Below, piece by piece: positions 1 to 10,733 of a stretch of DNA of 64,000 bases (within the stretch, counting starts at the first letter, position 1; each line of letters begins with the position of its first letter). Source of the stretch: Gemmatimonadales bacterium (GTDB lineage Bacteria > Gemmatimonadota > Gemmatimonadetes > Gemmatimonadales > GWC2-71-9); assembly GCA_039794085.1 (NCBI GenBank), contig JBDIWC010000014.1, forward strand, positions 11,987 through 75,986, read 5' to 3'. The notes beneath the pieces were generated by a model, which saw only the letters and a list, made by a program, of their open reading frames with translations, ran no database searches and was not told the origin of the DNA. A program made the translations under genes and the position numbers.

Positions 1-128
1 AAGTTGTCCACCCACACCGACGTGATTCCCTTGATGGTGCGGCTCGCCTCCTTGACGGCGTTCTTCACTGCGTCATCGAATCCCTTTTCGGACTGTGCGA
101 TGACTTCGATCACCTTGACGACGCTCAT
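1..128 (-). CDS. Dodecin family protein (3' end outside window)
   Basis: Manual translation MSVVKVIEVIAQSEKGFDDAVKNAVKEASRTIKGITSVWVDN; GAGGAGG SD upstream; not in ORF track. Confidence 0.85.
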   Translation of the reverse strand, partial: MSVVKVIEVIAQSEKGFDDAVKNAVKEASRTIKGITSVWVDN

Positions 129-304
129 GGGGTCCTCCTCTGCTGGGGCGAAGGGTCAGGGCGCCCGCCATGCGGGGGCCACTCTGACATGGTAACCCGA
201 AACGGGGAAAGCGCCATGCCCCGGCACCACGAGGTGGTCCCCTTCCCCACGGTCCCATGCCGGAGGACATTCCGGACAGATGCTTCCTCGCCCGGGGCCG
301 CCTG

Positions 305-913
305 TCAGAACTGCACTCCGACACTCAAGGGGAAGAACGCAGATCCCCGAACGCCACTCACGCTCTGTGCATAGCGCACTTCGTTCCGGAGCGTCAGACC
401 AAGGGCCCGATACGCGATGCCGATCCCGCCGCTGACCCCCAGGCCCAGGGCGGTCCGGGTGAAGCCCGTCGCCTGGACGGAGGAGTCCCGATGGAGCCGC
501 GACATCATCGGCCCTCCGCCCAGAAGAAGGTACGGGGATCCCCGACCGGACCTGGACGTGTGCACCACCCCCATCGCGAAGAGGCCAACGGATTGGTCGT
601 TTGTCGCGGTGGGCAAGGTTTCACCATTCACCACCGCGAAGGTCCCGTCATTGGACGTGAGCCTGTTGTAGAACCCCTCGATGCGCAACCCCGCCGCTCC
701 CGCGACACGCCGCTCGAAGCTGCCGCGCACATGCAGCCCCGCCTGATCGGCACCCGTCATCCTGGAATCCCGGTTGGCTACAGCCACCAGACTCTGGTTT
801 CCGCCGGGAACGCTGTACCCGAAATCGACAGCCCAAGTGCCCGATTGACCCTCCAGAATTGCACCGGGGAACACCACCACGAAGACTGCACTCAACAATG
901 CCCGGAGATTCAC
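305..913 (-). CDS. Putative outer-membrane beta-barrel protein
   Basis: Signal-peptide-like N-terminus, amphipathic beta pattern, C-terminal Phe (LSVGVQF), GGAGG SD. Confidence 0.65.
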   Translation of the reverse strand: MNLRALLSAVFVVVFPGAILEGQSGTWAVDFGYSVPGGNQSLVAVANRDSRMTGADQAGLHVRGSFERRVAGAAGLRIEGFYNRLTSNDGTFAVVNGETLPTATNDQSVGLFAMGVVHTSRSGRGSPYLLLGGGPMMSRLHRDSSVQATGFTRTALGLGVSGGIGIAYRALGLTLRNEVRYAQSVSGVRGSAFFPLSVGVQF

Positions 914-1080
914 GCCGCCTCCATGTGTAATGATGACGTGTGGGGTGAATTGTGGTTGGACTATACCAAGGTACCCCCCCGATCATGGGTGCGCCAGATC
1001 CCGGCCGGGACGGTCGGACCAGGTTCCCGGGAGCCGGGGGCAAGGCCCCCCTGATCAGCCGACGAGGAAACCAGTGCCCC

Positions 1081-1181
1081 TCATTCCCACGCACGCGGGA
1101 ATCCGTTTGTAGGGGCCGTTCGCGATCCGCCCCGACATCGTTCACCTCCCAACACTCTGCACGCCACGCTGGAGCGTGGCG
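1081..1181. repeat. Cluster of three REP-like palindromes downstream of merA
   Basis: TCATTCCCACGCACGCGGGAATCC (1081-1104), GTAGGGGC..GCCCCGAC (1109-1136), CGCCACGC-TGGA-GCGTGGCG (1162-1181). Confidence 0.6.
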
Positions 1182-1199
1182 ATCCCAGGCGGATCCTCC

Positions 1200-3037
<1,838 letters not shown>

Positions 3038-3074
3038 GATCAGTATTCCTCCAGATCGGGACCAACGTAAGGCA

Positions 3075-3144
3075 TAGGACGTAGGACTTAGGACTTAGGA
3101 CGTAGGACGTAGGACTTAGGACGTAGGACATAGGACATAGGACG
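3075..3144. repeat. Heptamer tandem repeat (TAGGACN) x10
   Basis: Units TAGGACG/TAGGACT/TAGGACA read directly. Confidence 0.95.
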
Positions 3145-3199
3145 TCCCGCGAGTCGCAGGAGTGACTCCCGAGCGCGTGATCGGTGCACCCGAAGAGAT

Positions 3200-3224
3200 G
3201 GATTCCGGCTTTCGCCGGAATGAC
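3200..3224 (-). repeat. REP-like palindrome GTCATTCCGGCGAAAGCCGGAATCC
   Basis: Hairpin with GAAA loop; same family as 1081-1104. Confidence 0.75.
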
Positions 3225-3259
3225 GGCCCTTGCGGATTCCGATACCAAGCACCTCATTC

Positions 3260-3397
3260 CCTACCGCCTACCGCCTACCGCCTACCCGCCCCAACACCCA
3301 ACACCTCCACCGACCCCACCAGGTATTGGGTTCCGGGTAGTGGGTATTGGGCCCAGCCCCGCAGTTCCCAGCACCCAACACCCAGTCCCCAACACCC
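3260..3397. repeat. Mosaic of heptamer repeats (CCTACCG, CCCAACA, GGGTATT variants)
   Basis: CCTACCG x3 at 3260-3280, then degenerate CCCAACA and TGGGTAT blocks in opposite orientations. Confidence 0.75.
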
Positions 3398-3404
3398 TTC
3401 CCTC

Positions 3405-3770
3405 TCAGTTCAGGACCCACACCGACCACCGCGGATAGGACGCGAACACCAGCGACACGATCGTCGCCCCCCAGAGCAGCCGTTTCCGTCTCCGGATCAC
3501 GGCGGGCACGGCACAGGCGCGATCCGGGTCGCAGGCGCGGGCCTCCTGCCGGTCGATCTGGTGGAATCCCCACCCCAGAGCGACGGCCGTCACCCCCAGG
3601 AAATACGGGCGCAGCGGCTCGAAGGTGGTGGCGAGTCCCGCTCCGCTCACACCGAGTGTCACCGCGAGGAGGGGGCCGGCACAGCAGAGCGCGGAGGCGA
3701 ACGCCGCCAGGACGCCGCCCGCCAGGGTCATTCCGGTGCGGGTGCCTTCACTCTTCATGAACGCCTTCAT
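3405..3770 (-). CDS. merT: Mercuric ion transporter MerT
   Basis: ASALCCAGPLL, EPLRPYF and C-DPDRA-C motifs, three hydrophobic segments; start may be 3758. Confidence 0.92.
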   Translation of the reverse strand: MKAFMKSEGTRTGMTLAGGVLAAFASALCCAGPLLAVTLGVSGAGLATTFEPLRPYFLGVTAVALGWGFHQIDRQEARACDPDRACAVPAVIRRRKRLLWGATIVSLVFASYPRWSVWVLN

Positions 3771-3773
3771 CCT

Positions 3774-4190
3774 TCATGGTGTTCCATCCTCATGTTGTTC
3801 CAGTGCCTCCAGGATCGGGCACTCCCCCGTGAGTTCCTGATTCCGGCACGATTCGGCCATCCCTTCCAGCGTCTTCCGGAGCCGGGTGAGATCCCGGATC
3901 CTCCGCGTCACCAGACCGATCTTCTCCTCCACCCGCTGCTCCACCCGGGCGCAGGCGTCCTTCGAATGGAGCCGGAGATCCAGCAGCTCGCCGATCTCGC
4001 GGAGGGTGAACCCCAGCTCCTTGGCATGCCGGATGAAGTTCAGCCGGGCGATCGTGGCCTCGGTGTACCGCCGGTATCCCGACGGGGTTCGGCCTTCCGG
4101 AGGACAGAGCCCCCGGCGTTCGTAGTACCGGACGGTCTGGACCGGCACGCCGACGGTCCTGGCCACCTCGCCAATCCGCAGATCGGTCAT
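3774..4190 (-). CDS. merR: Hg(II)-responsive MerR regulator, co-directional with the mer genes
   Basis: IGEVA..TVRYYERRGL HTH; three Cys (DAC, ESC, ECPIL); true start MTDLRIG at 4190 with GGAGG SD. Confidence 0.9.
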   Translation of the reverse strand: MTDLRIGEVARTVGVPVQTVRYYERRGLCPPEGRTPSGYRRYTEATIARLNFIRHAKELGFTLREIGELLDLRLHSKDACARVEQRVEEKIGLVTRRIRDLTRLRKTLEGMAESCRNQELTGECPILEALEQHEDGTP

Positions 4191-4208
4191 TCGGATCCTC
4201 CGGAGAAC

Positions 4209-4240
4209 AAGGTACACCTTGCACCATGGTACAAGGTCAA
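4209..4240 (-). promoter_or_regulatory. MerR-type promoter/operator of the mer operon
   Basis: TTGACC-20 nt-TACCTT with dyad ACCTTGTACCATGGTGCAAGGT. Confidence 0.85.
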
Positions 4241-4328
4241 GACTTTTCCATGGGGAGACCGGGCTGGTCAGGGGTCCCCGTTGCCAGCCTGATCCGATTT
4301 GTGTAAACTTATGTGTAAGGAGACACAC

Positions 4329-4529
4329 ATGGCAACCAATCTCGCGATCGACCCCAAGCTTCTCGAACGCGCCCTGGAGATCAGCGGTGAGCGCACAAAG
4401 AAGGCCGCGGTCACGAAAGCGTTGCAGGAGTTCATTGCCCGCCGTGAGCAGAAGCGGATAGTTGAACTCATGGGTAAACTCGAGTGGGACGACTCGTTCC
4501 ACTACAAGGCCGAGCGCTCCCGGCCGTGA
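4329..4529 (+). CDS. vapB: VapB-family antitoxin
   Basis: MATNLAIDPKLLERALEISGERTKKAAVTKALQEFI; AAGGAG SD; GTGA overlap with PIN gene. Confidence 0.9.
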   Translation: MATNLAIDPKLLERALEISGERTKKAAVTKALQEFIARREQKRIVELMGKLEWDDSFHYKAERSRP

Positions 4530-4951
4530 CACTGTTTGTGGACACGAGCGTGTGGTCGCTCGCTCTGCGCCGAGACGCCTCGGCCTCTGAACCCGAGGTC
4601 CACATACTCAAGGATGCCCTGCTGGGCGCCGATGTTGTTGTCACGACCGGGCTGGTTCTCCAGGAACTGCTTCAGGGATTCTCCGGACCGAAGTCGCGTG
4701 CGCAGATCATCGAGCGCTTCGCAGCACTTCCGTTGATACAGCCCGATCGGGAAGACCATGTCGCAGCCGCCGAGCTCCGGAACACGTGCCGCAGAGCAGG
4801 TGTGCAGGTCGGCACCATCGACGCGCTGCTCGCTCAGTTGTGCATCCGGCACGATCTGACGCTCCTGAGTACCGACAACGATTTCGCGCTTGCTGTTCCG
4901 CACTGCGCCCTCCGCGTGTGGGCGCCAAAGGTCAGGCCCCGCCGAGGGTAA
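4526..4951 (+). CDS. vapC: VapC-family PIN-domain toxin
   Basis: LFVDTSVWS, LQELLQG, TIDALLA, LSTDNDF acidic PIN motifs. Confidence 0.92.
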   Translation: MTLFVDTSVWSLALRRDASASEPEVHILKDALLGADVVVTTGLVLQELLQGFSGPKSRAQIIERFAALPLIQPDREDHVAAAELRNTCRRAGVQVGTIDALLAQLCIRHDLTLLSTDNDFALAVPHCALRVWAPKVRPRRG

Positions 4952-5010
4952 CGCCCACCCCTGCGTCGCTTGGGGGATCCGGCGGATGGTGCGGGCCGAA
5001 GGCCCACCCC

Positions 5011-5109
5011 CGGGATACTAACGCTCCTAACGACCTCGCCAATCCGGAAATCGGTCATTCAGATCCCTCCAAGCGACAAGGTACACCCTGCACCATGGTA
5101 CAGGGTCTA
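5011..5109 (-). pseudogene. Second, truncated merR 5' end with its promoter/operator
   Basis: MTDFRIGEVVRSVSIP vs MerR MTDLRIGEVARTVGVP; operator ACCCTGTACCATGGTGCAGGGT; similar to 4161-4240. Confidence 0.8.
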
Positions 5110-5153
5110 GGCCTTTCCTCCTGGCGCCGAGCGCGGCTCTCCGGAGGCCGGTC

Positions 5154-5185
5154 TTGACTCGACACCATGGTCCAAGGTGTAACGT
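5154..5185 (+). promoter_or_regulatory. MerR-type promoter upstream of DUF302 gene
   Basis: TTGACT-20 nt-TAACGT containing ACCATGGT core and CAAGGT arm shared with the mer operator. Confidence 0.7.
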
Positions 5186-5243
5186 AGCTTAGCGCAGACT
5201 CCGCTGTGCGCTCCATCATCCCCCGTGCTTCGAGGAAATCGTC

Positions 5244-5693
5244 ATGCGTCTCCCGTTCCTGATGGTCACCGCCCTGTTGAGTACCGCCGCGTCCGCAGGT
5301 GCCCAGTCGTCCGATCGCGTGGACCACATCTCCGCCCAGAACTTCCAGACCACCGTCAAGCAGCTCGAGGCCGCACTCCAGAGCCGAGCCTTCATGATCG
5401 TGTCCCGTGCCGATCACCAGAACATGCTCCGGATGGTGGGAGCGAGCACGAAGGGCGCCGTCTCGATCGATTTCGGCAAGCCCGACATGATGAAGACGGT
5501 GCTGCCGGCCCATCCAGCCATCGGACTCGAAATGCCGATGCGGATGTATGTCTTCGAGCGCGCGGACGGAAAGACCGTCGTGAGCTTCCGCCTCCCCTCG
5601 TCCCTCTTCGCCGCCTACGGACCCGATCTCACCATGATGGGTGGGATGATGGACAAGATGTTCCATGAGATCGCCGCCGAGGCCACACGCTGA
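5244..5693 (+). CDS. Exported DUF302-domain protein, Met-rich C-terminus
   Basis: Signal peptide; ADHQNML, FGKP, IGLEMPMRMYVFE pattern. Confidence 0.8.
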   Translation: MRLPFLMVTALLSTAASAGAQSSDRVDHISAQNFQTTVKQLEAALQSRAFMIVSRADHQNMLRMVGASTKGAVSIDFGKPDMMKTVLPAHPAIGLEMPMRMYVFERADGKTVVSFRLPSSLFAAYGPDLTMMGGMMDKMFHEIAAEATR

Positions 5694-5707
5694 CGGGGGG
5701 GATCCCC

Positions 5708-6526
5708 ATGCTGATCACCTGGAATGACGTCGCGTTCGTGCTGGCGGGTGCGATCGCGATCACCTGGGGGCTGTGGCGCCGGGCCCGGCCCCCCAATCCC
5801 CTCCCCTCACCCGGGGTTACCTCCGGGGAGGTGGTGCTGACCCTGCTCGCGGCGGTTCCTGCCGCGGTGGGGCCCAACATCCTCGTCGTGGCCCTGACGC
5901 CGGGCATGCCAGCCATGCCCGTGCTGGTGCGCTGGGCCCTGCTGCCCTCCATCGCTCTGTTGGTCGTGGTCTGGGCCTTGTCACGCCGGGCCGGTTACAC
6001 CCGGCTCGTCAACCGGATCGAGACCGGGATCTGGGTCGGCATCGCCGCCACGGCGGCTCTCGACGCCTTCCGCCTCATGAGCTTCTCCCTCGGGTTCCTG
6101 CCGGGGAACCTGCCGCGGATGTTCGGCGTGCTGATTCTCGACCAGATGGCCATGGGTCCCAGCGTGACCTCGGATCTGGTCGGTTCCCTGTACCATGTCT
6201 GGGTGAGCGCATGCTTCGGCCTGGCCTACGCCCTCCTGGTCGGCCGGACCCGCTGGTGGGGCGGGCTCATCTGGGGACTGATCATCGAGGTGGGCATGAT
6301 GACGACACCGCCGATGGTGGTGGCCATGGGAACGGGCTACTTCGGCTTCGCCGCGGGCAGAGGAATCCTGAACGGGGTCTTCCTGGGCAGTCTGGTCCCG
6401 CACATCACCTATGGCATCGCCCTCGGCCTGTTGCTGGAGCGCTATCTCACGCACCGTGGTACCCTGCTTCACTTGGTGCGGGCAGCCCGACACCCTCCTC
6501 CGGGGTCACACCTGAGAGGGAATTGA
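5708..6526 (+). CDS. Uncharacterised polytopic membrane protein
   Basis: About seven hydrophobic segments; 14 nt after the DUF302 gene; GC-rich third positions. Confidence 0.7.
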   Translation: MLITWNDVAFVLAGAIAITWGLWRRARPPNPLPSPGVTSGEVVLTLLAAVPAAVGPNILVVALTPGMPAMPVLVRWALLPSIALLVVVWALSRRAGYTRLVNRIETGIWVGIAATAALDAFRLMSFSLGFLPGNLPRMFGVLILDQMAMGPSVTSDLVGSLYHVWVSACFGLAYALLVGRTRWWGGLIWGLIIEVGMMTTPPMVVAMGTGYFGFAAGRGILNGVFLGSLVPHITYGIALGLLLERYLTHRGTLLHLVRAARHPPPGSHLRGN

Positions 6527-6731
6527 GGTACACCCCTCTTGATTCTGACGGTGAATCCAGAAGACATTCAGTAGCGGTTCTTCTACATTGGTCGGGGGGA
6601 CTCTGAGTTTCCGATCCTCGGTTCGACGAACCGGGATGGGCCATTCTCATCACACGCTCTCGATCTGGAGGAGATCCATGAGGAAATCATCGCGAGGCGA
6701 CGCGGCCCTGGGCTCTGGACACTGAGCCCGG

Positions 6732-8933
6732 ATGCGACGCCGGGATGCAATACGTTGTGGGTCGGCCTTCTTCCTCGCGTGCCTCGCGCTTCTGTTCGTG
6801 CGCCCGGCCTCCGCCCAAGGGGCTCCGACGCTCGGAGCCGGCCCGGATGCCCGTCCCGAGTTGGCGGCCGGACGGATCACGGACAAGATCCGGCTGGATG
6901 GGCGACTCGAGGAGCAGGCGTGGGGCAAAGCCGATTCCATCACCACGCTGACGCAGACCGAGCCCACCGAGGGCGGCGAGACCACGGGACGCACCGTCGT
7001 GAAGGTGCTGGCTGACAAGGACCAGATCATCATCGGGATCGTTGCCCACGATCCCGACCCGACCGGCATCGTGGCCTTCGCCACCCGGCGTGACGCGTCT
7101 CTGCGGGATGAGGACAACGTGCGGATCGTCCTCGATCCCTTCCTGGACGGCCGCTCGGGCGTGGTCTTCTCGGTGAACCCGAATGGGGCCCGGTACGACG
7201 CCCTGGTCTCCCCGGGAGGGGAGAGGGAGAACTCGGATTGGGACGCGGTCTGGGACGCCACGGCGGTGCGCACGGGGCGCGGCTGGTCGGCGGAGATCTG
7301 GATCCCCATCCGCAGCCTGACCTTCCGATCCGACCTCCGGCGCTGGGGCTTCAACGTGGAACGACGGATTCAGCGCCTCCAGGAAACCTCGCGGTGGGCC
7401 AGTCCGGAACGCGATTACAGCTTCACCCAGACCAGCCGCGCCGGGCTCCTGACGGCGCTCCCGGCGTTCAGCGTCGGGGTCGGGCTCAGCGTACGTCCGT
7501 TCGTCGCCGGGGAGGGCGGCAAGCCGGCCCCCGGCGCGGGCATCGACACGGATCAGAGGGTGGGACTCGATCTCACCCAGCGCCTCGGCGCGAACCTCGA
7601 GGCGACCCTCACCGTCAACACCGACTTCGGCGAGACCGAGACGGATGCCCGGCAGACGGACCTGAGCCGCTTCCCCCTGTTCTTCCCCGAGAAACGGGCC
7701 TTTTTCCTCCAGGGCTCCGACATCTTCGACTTCGGATTGGGGCTGGGCCGTGATGTCATCCCCTTCTTCAGCCGGAGGATCGGCCTGCTGGAGGGGCGGG
7801 AGATCCAGCTGGACGGCGGGACGAAGCTGACGGGGCGGGTCGGCAATACGAACATCGGCGGGCTCGTCGTGCGGACGGGAGACGAGGAAGGCCTGACACC
7901 CGCAAACACCATGGGGGTCGTGCGGGTCAAGCAGAACCTGCTGGCCGAGTCCTCGGCGGGCTTCATCGCCACCGCCGGCGACCCCCAGGGGCGGGACGGA
8001 AGCTGGCTGGCGGGAACCGACGTCACCTATCAGACCTCCCGCCTCCTGGGCGACAAGAACTTCCTGGTCGGCGTCTGGGGGCTCCTGACGGACCGTGACG
8101 GACTCGATGGTGACAAGTCCGCCTTCGGCCTCAGGGTCGACTACCCCAACGAGCTGTGGGACGCCTCCGTCACCTTCAAGCATGTGGGGAGCGGCTTCGA
8201 TCCTTCCCTGGGCTTCGTCTCGCGCCGGGGCACAAACCGGCTCGACCTGGGTGTGAATTTCAGTCCGCGCCCCGGCTGGGACCTGGTACGCCAGATGTTC
8301 TTCGAGTTTCGAGGCTCCCTGGTGACGAGGGTGGATGGAAGCCTGGAAAGCTGGCAGGTGTTCACGGCGCCGATCAACTGGCGGCTGGAAAGCGGCGACC
8401 GGGTGGAGTTCAACGTCATTCCCCAGGGTGAAGGTCTTGCCGAGCCGTTTGAGATCTCCGACGGAGTGGTGATTCCGCAGGGGCGCTACGACTTCCTGCG
8501 CTACCGGCTCGAGGCGAGCTCCGCGTCGAAGCGGCGACTCAGCGGGATGATCAGTTGGCGCTTTGGAGACTTCTTCACCGGAACGTTGCACGAGATCGAG
8601 ATCTCCTCGTCCTGGACGCCGGTGCCGCTGTTCACGTTCGAACTCTCCAACGAGACCAATGTCGGACGCCTTCCGGAGGGGAACTTCACGAAGAACCTCC
8701 TGCAGGGCCGGATTCGGATGAACTTCTCGTCGGACCTGGAGCTGTCGAGTTTCATCCAGTTCGACAACGACAGCGATGTTCTGGGGACAAACACGCGGCT
8801 GCGCTGGACCTTTCGGCCCGTCGGGGAGTTGTTCGTGGTCTACAACCACGCCGTGCGCGACACGTCGGATAGAGGACTCGCCTTCGAGTCGAACAAGCTG
8901 ATCGTCAAGACCAGCTACGAGTTCCGATTCTGA
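6732..8933 (+). CDS. CBM9-like/DUF5916 exported or outer-membrane protein
   Basis: IRLDGRLEE, WDAVW, WSAEIWIP, TVNTDFGETE, FPLFFPEKRAFFLQG, FFSRRIG motifs; C-terminal Phe. Confidence 0.85.
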   Translation: MRRRDAIRCGSAFFLACLALLFVRPASAQGAPTLGAGPDARPELAAGRITDKIRLDGRLEEQAWGKADSITTLTQTEPTEGGETTGRTVVKVLADKDQIIIGIVAHDPDPTGIVAFATRRDASLRDEDNVRIVLDPFLDGRSGVVFSVNPNGARYDALVSPGGERENSDWDAVWDATAVRTGRGWSAEIWIPIRSLTFRSDLRRWGFNVERRIQRLQETSRWASPERDYSFTQTSRAGLLTALPAFSVGVGLSVRPFVAGEGGKPAPGAGIDTDQRVGLDLTQRLGANLEATLTVNTDFGETETDARQTDLSRFPLFFPEKRAFFLQGSDIFDFGLGLGRDVIPFFSRRIGLLEGREIQLDGGTKLTGRVGNTNIGGLVVRTGDEEGLTPANTMGVVRVKQNLLAESSAGFIATAGDPQGRDGSWLAGTDVTYQTSRLLGDKNFLVGVWGLLTDRDGLDGDKSAFGLRVDYPNELWDASVTFKHVGSGFDPSLGFVSRRGTNRLDLGVNFSPRPGWDLVRQMFFEFRGSLVTRVDGSLESWQVFTAPINWRLESGDRVEFNVIPQGEGLAEPFEISDGVVIPQGRYDFLRYRLEASSASKRRLSGMISWRFGDFFTGTLHEIEISSSWTPVPLFTFELSNETNVGRLPEGNFTKNLLQGRIRMNFSSDLELSSFIQFDNDSDVLGTNTRLRWTFRPVGELFVVYNHAVRDTSDRGLAFESNKLIVKTSYEFRF

Positions 8934-9047
8934 CGCTTTCTCGTGACGACCCGCCACCGCGGAACGCCTTGGGCCGTCGTCCATGAACCGGACGGGGACG
9001 AGCAACTACTTTTCGTCGTGACCGCTTTCCCCAGGGGTGAGCCATGA
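8934..9047 (+). pseudogene. C-terminal remnant of a DUF4258-like toxin
   Basis: RFLVTTRHRGTPWAVVHEPDGDEQLLFVVTAFP, no start codon, ATGA overlap with next gene. Confidence 0.55.
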
Positions 9048-9313
9048 GTGCCTTCTCTCTTCAGATCACGTATCGCAACGGCAAGCCCTTTGCCGCCTAT
9101 ATCTACCTGGCGCACCGGCCGGCCACGAAAAGCGTTCGCACGGAGCAAGTCGGACCCGAGCTGCTGATCGATTACGCGGCGGATGGTTCTTCCCTCGGGA
9201 TCGAGGTCGTCTCGCCTGGGTTCGTGACCGAAGAGGAGATTAACGTCGCCTTCGAACGCCTTGGTCTCGAACCGCCTTCGAGCGACGAACTCGCCCCGCT
9301 CCGGGCGGCGTAG
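9044..9313 (+). CDS. DUF2283-like putative antitoxin
   Basis: AAYIYL..SVRTEQV..LLIDYAADG..LGIEV pattern. Confidence 0.7.
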   Translation: MSAFSLQITYRNGKPFAAYIYLAHRPATKSVRTEQVGPELLIDYAADGSSLGIEVVSPGFVTEEEINVAFERLGLEPPSSDELAPLRAA

Positions 9314-9825
9314 TCGGTTTTCCCCACTCGCGATCCCACGCGGTGTGTGGCGACGGTTATTGGGGTCGGTGACGCTCCCCCCCCCGAAGAAAACCACTGA
9401 TGACGCAGGTGAATTGACCCCGAAAAGCCTCCGAGGAATCCGAACGCTTTCGCCATCGGGAGCAGCAACCAGGCCGCGAAGACCCCCACCGCGTACAGCA
9501 GCACCGAGAGATAGAACAGGACCCGCATCCACCGGCCAAAGGGATGCGAGACATGGCATACCCCTCCCGGCCGGCAGACCGGGCTCGACGAGCGGAACAG
9601 GATGCGGTAATCCAGGAGGAGGAGGAGTCCCGCGACGCCGAAGGTGATTTCCTTGTGGCGCGAGAGGACCGTGATCCAGGGTGCGGCGGCAACCAGCGAG
9701 GCCATGACCGTCCCCGCGCCGAGCGCCACCAGGGTGATCGGGAGGGCACAGCAGAGCAGCGTGCCCGTCGCCGCGACGGGGGTCACCGCTGCGAGAGCCT
9801 CCCGCCAACCCCGGGGCTGCGGCAT
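9172..9825 (-). CDS. MerT/MerF-like metal transporter; native 3' end apparently lost
   Basis: GTLLCCALP, HKEITF, VCRPGGVC; start ATG overlaps upstream TGA; plausible protein ends near 9425 but frame runs on antisense into DUF2283. Confidence 0.65.
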   Translation of the reverse strand: MPQPRGWREALAAVTPVAATGTLLCCALPITLVALGAGTVMASLVAAAPWITVLSRHKEITFGVAGLLLLLDYRILFRSSSPVCRPGGVCHVSHPFGRWMRVLFYLSVLLYAVGVFAAWLLLPMAKAFGFLGGFSGSIHLRHQWFSSGGGASPTPITVATHRVGSRVGKTDYAARSGASSSLEGGSRPRRSKATLISSSVTNPGETTSIPREEPSAA

Positions 9826-10733
9826 CAGAAGAGCGCCCTCGCCCCGATCGCCGGGCGAACGCCGGCGTTCGGCTGGGCTCCGTTCAGGTTCCGCACGGCG
9901 GGAATCTGCACGCTCCCCTCCACGAGCAGGTTGGAGCGAACCACCCATTGGATTCCGGGGCTGAGCCACGCCTCGTGACCGCCCGAATCGGGAACCGACA
10001 GATCCCGGTCCCGGCTTCGCTCCGTGACCACACCATTCCACTCCAGATAGAACTGAAGCGTGCGGGTCCGGATCGTCTCCACCTCATCCGGTACCCGAAA
10101 CCCGATCGCCACGTCGTAGCGCGTGGCCGCGCCGGCGCGGAACCCGTCGTCGCGGGTCGGGCGACGGTGGCCCACGTCGGCGTTGATTCCCCAGCGTCCC
10201 CGGATCACGGTACCGATCAGCGCCAGGCCCCCCTCAAACGCGCCGCTCCCCCGCTGAGCCGAGCGGGGAAAGGGGGACCCATCCCGCATCCGGGCGTCGG
10301 TGGATCCGGTCGGCAATGAAGCCGATCCCGCGAGGGCCAGACGCGACGTCCCGCCCAGCCGGTCGTGCGACAGCATCGCCCACTTGAGGCCAACGGTCAC
10401 ATCGCCGAGACCCGCGTGCTCATCCCACTCACCGGCGGACACCCGGAGACGCTTGGCGACGACCGGCACGGTGACCGAGGTCGTCACGCGTTGGGTCGGT
10501 GCCCAGGGGAGAAGCACGAACCGGGACACGAGTTGATCCACCGGTCCCCGGCGTTCCCCCATGACCACCAGTCGCACCGCCCGCTGCTCGAAGGCGTTGG
10601 TCAACGCATTCCCGGTGTGGAACGGGAGCCCCTGCGCCGCGAGCCGGCTCGGCACGGCCACCGCCCAGAGGAGGACCAGGGAAAGGATCGTCCGCCTCAT
10701 CCCCCTGGCCAGCCATCGCAACGCCGCCCCCAT
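9825..10733 (-). CDS. Putative outer-membrane 'transporter' (MetA/phenol-pathway-like beta-barrel)
   Basis: Signal peptide, GLGDV, SLPTG, GSG, SPGIQ motifs, C-terminal Phe; start may be 10700. Confidence 0.7.
   Translation of the reverse strand: MGAALRWLARGMRRTILSLVLLWAVAVPSRLAAQGLPFHTGNALTNAFEQRAVRLVVMGERRGPVDQLVSRFVLLPWAPTQRVTTSVTVPVVAKRLRVSAGEWDEHAGLGDVTVGLKWAMLSHDRLGGTSRLALAGSASLPTGSTDARMRDGSPFPRSAQRGSGAFEGGLALIGTVIRGRWGINADVGHRRPTRDDGFRAGAATRYDVAIGFRVPDEVETIRTRTLQFYLEWNGVVTERSRDRDLSVPDSGGHEAWLSPGIQWVVRSNLLVEGSVQIPAVRNLNGAQPNAGVRPAIGARALF

Noticed and set aside
1045..1080. Hammerhead-like CTGATCA..GAAAC
   Set aside because: Core deviates from CUGANGA and stem II does not pair
3075..3144. 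Possible CRISPR array (also 28070-28174)
   Set aside because: 7-bp units with no spacers and no cas genes
6539..6570. Additional MerR-type promoter before the DUF5916 gene
   Set aside because: TTGATT and a short TTCTG/CAGAA dyad are present but no convincing -10 at 19-20 bp
9398..9421. Possible IS end TGATGACGCAGGTGAATTGACCCC, loosely similar to 930-951
   Set aside because: No matching inverted repeat, transposase or target duplication
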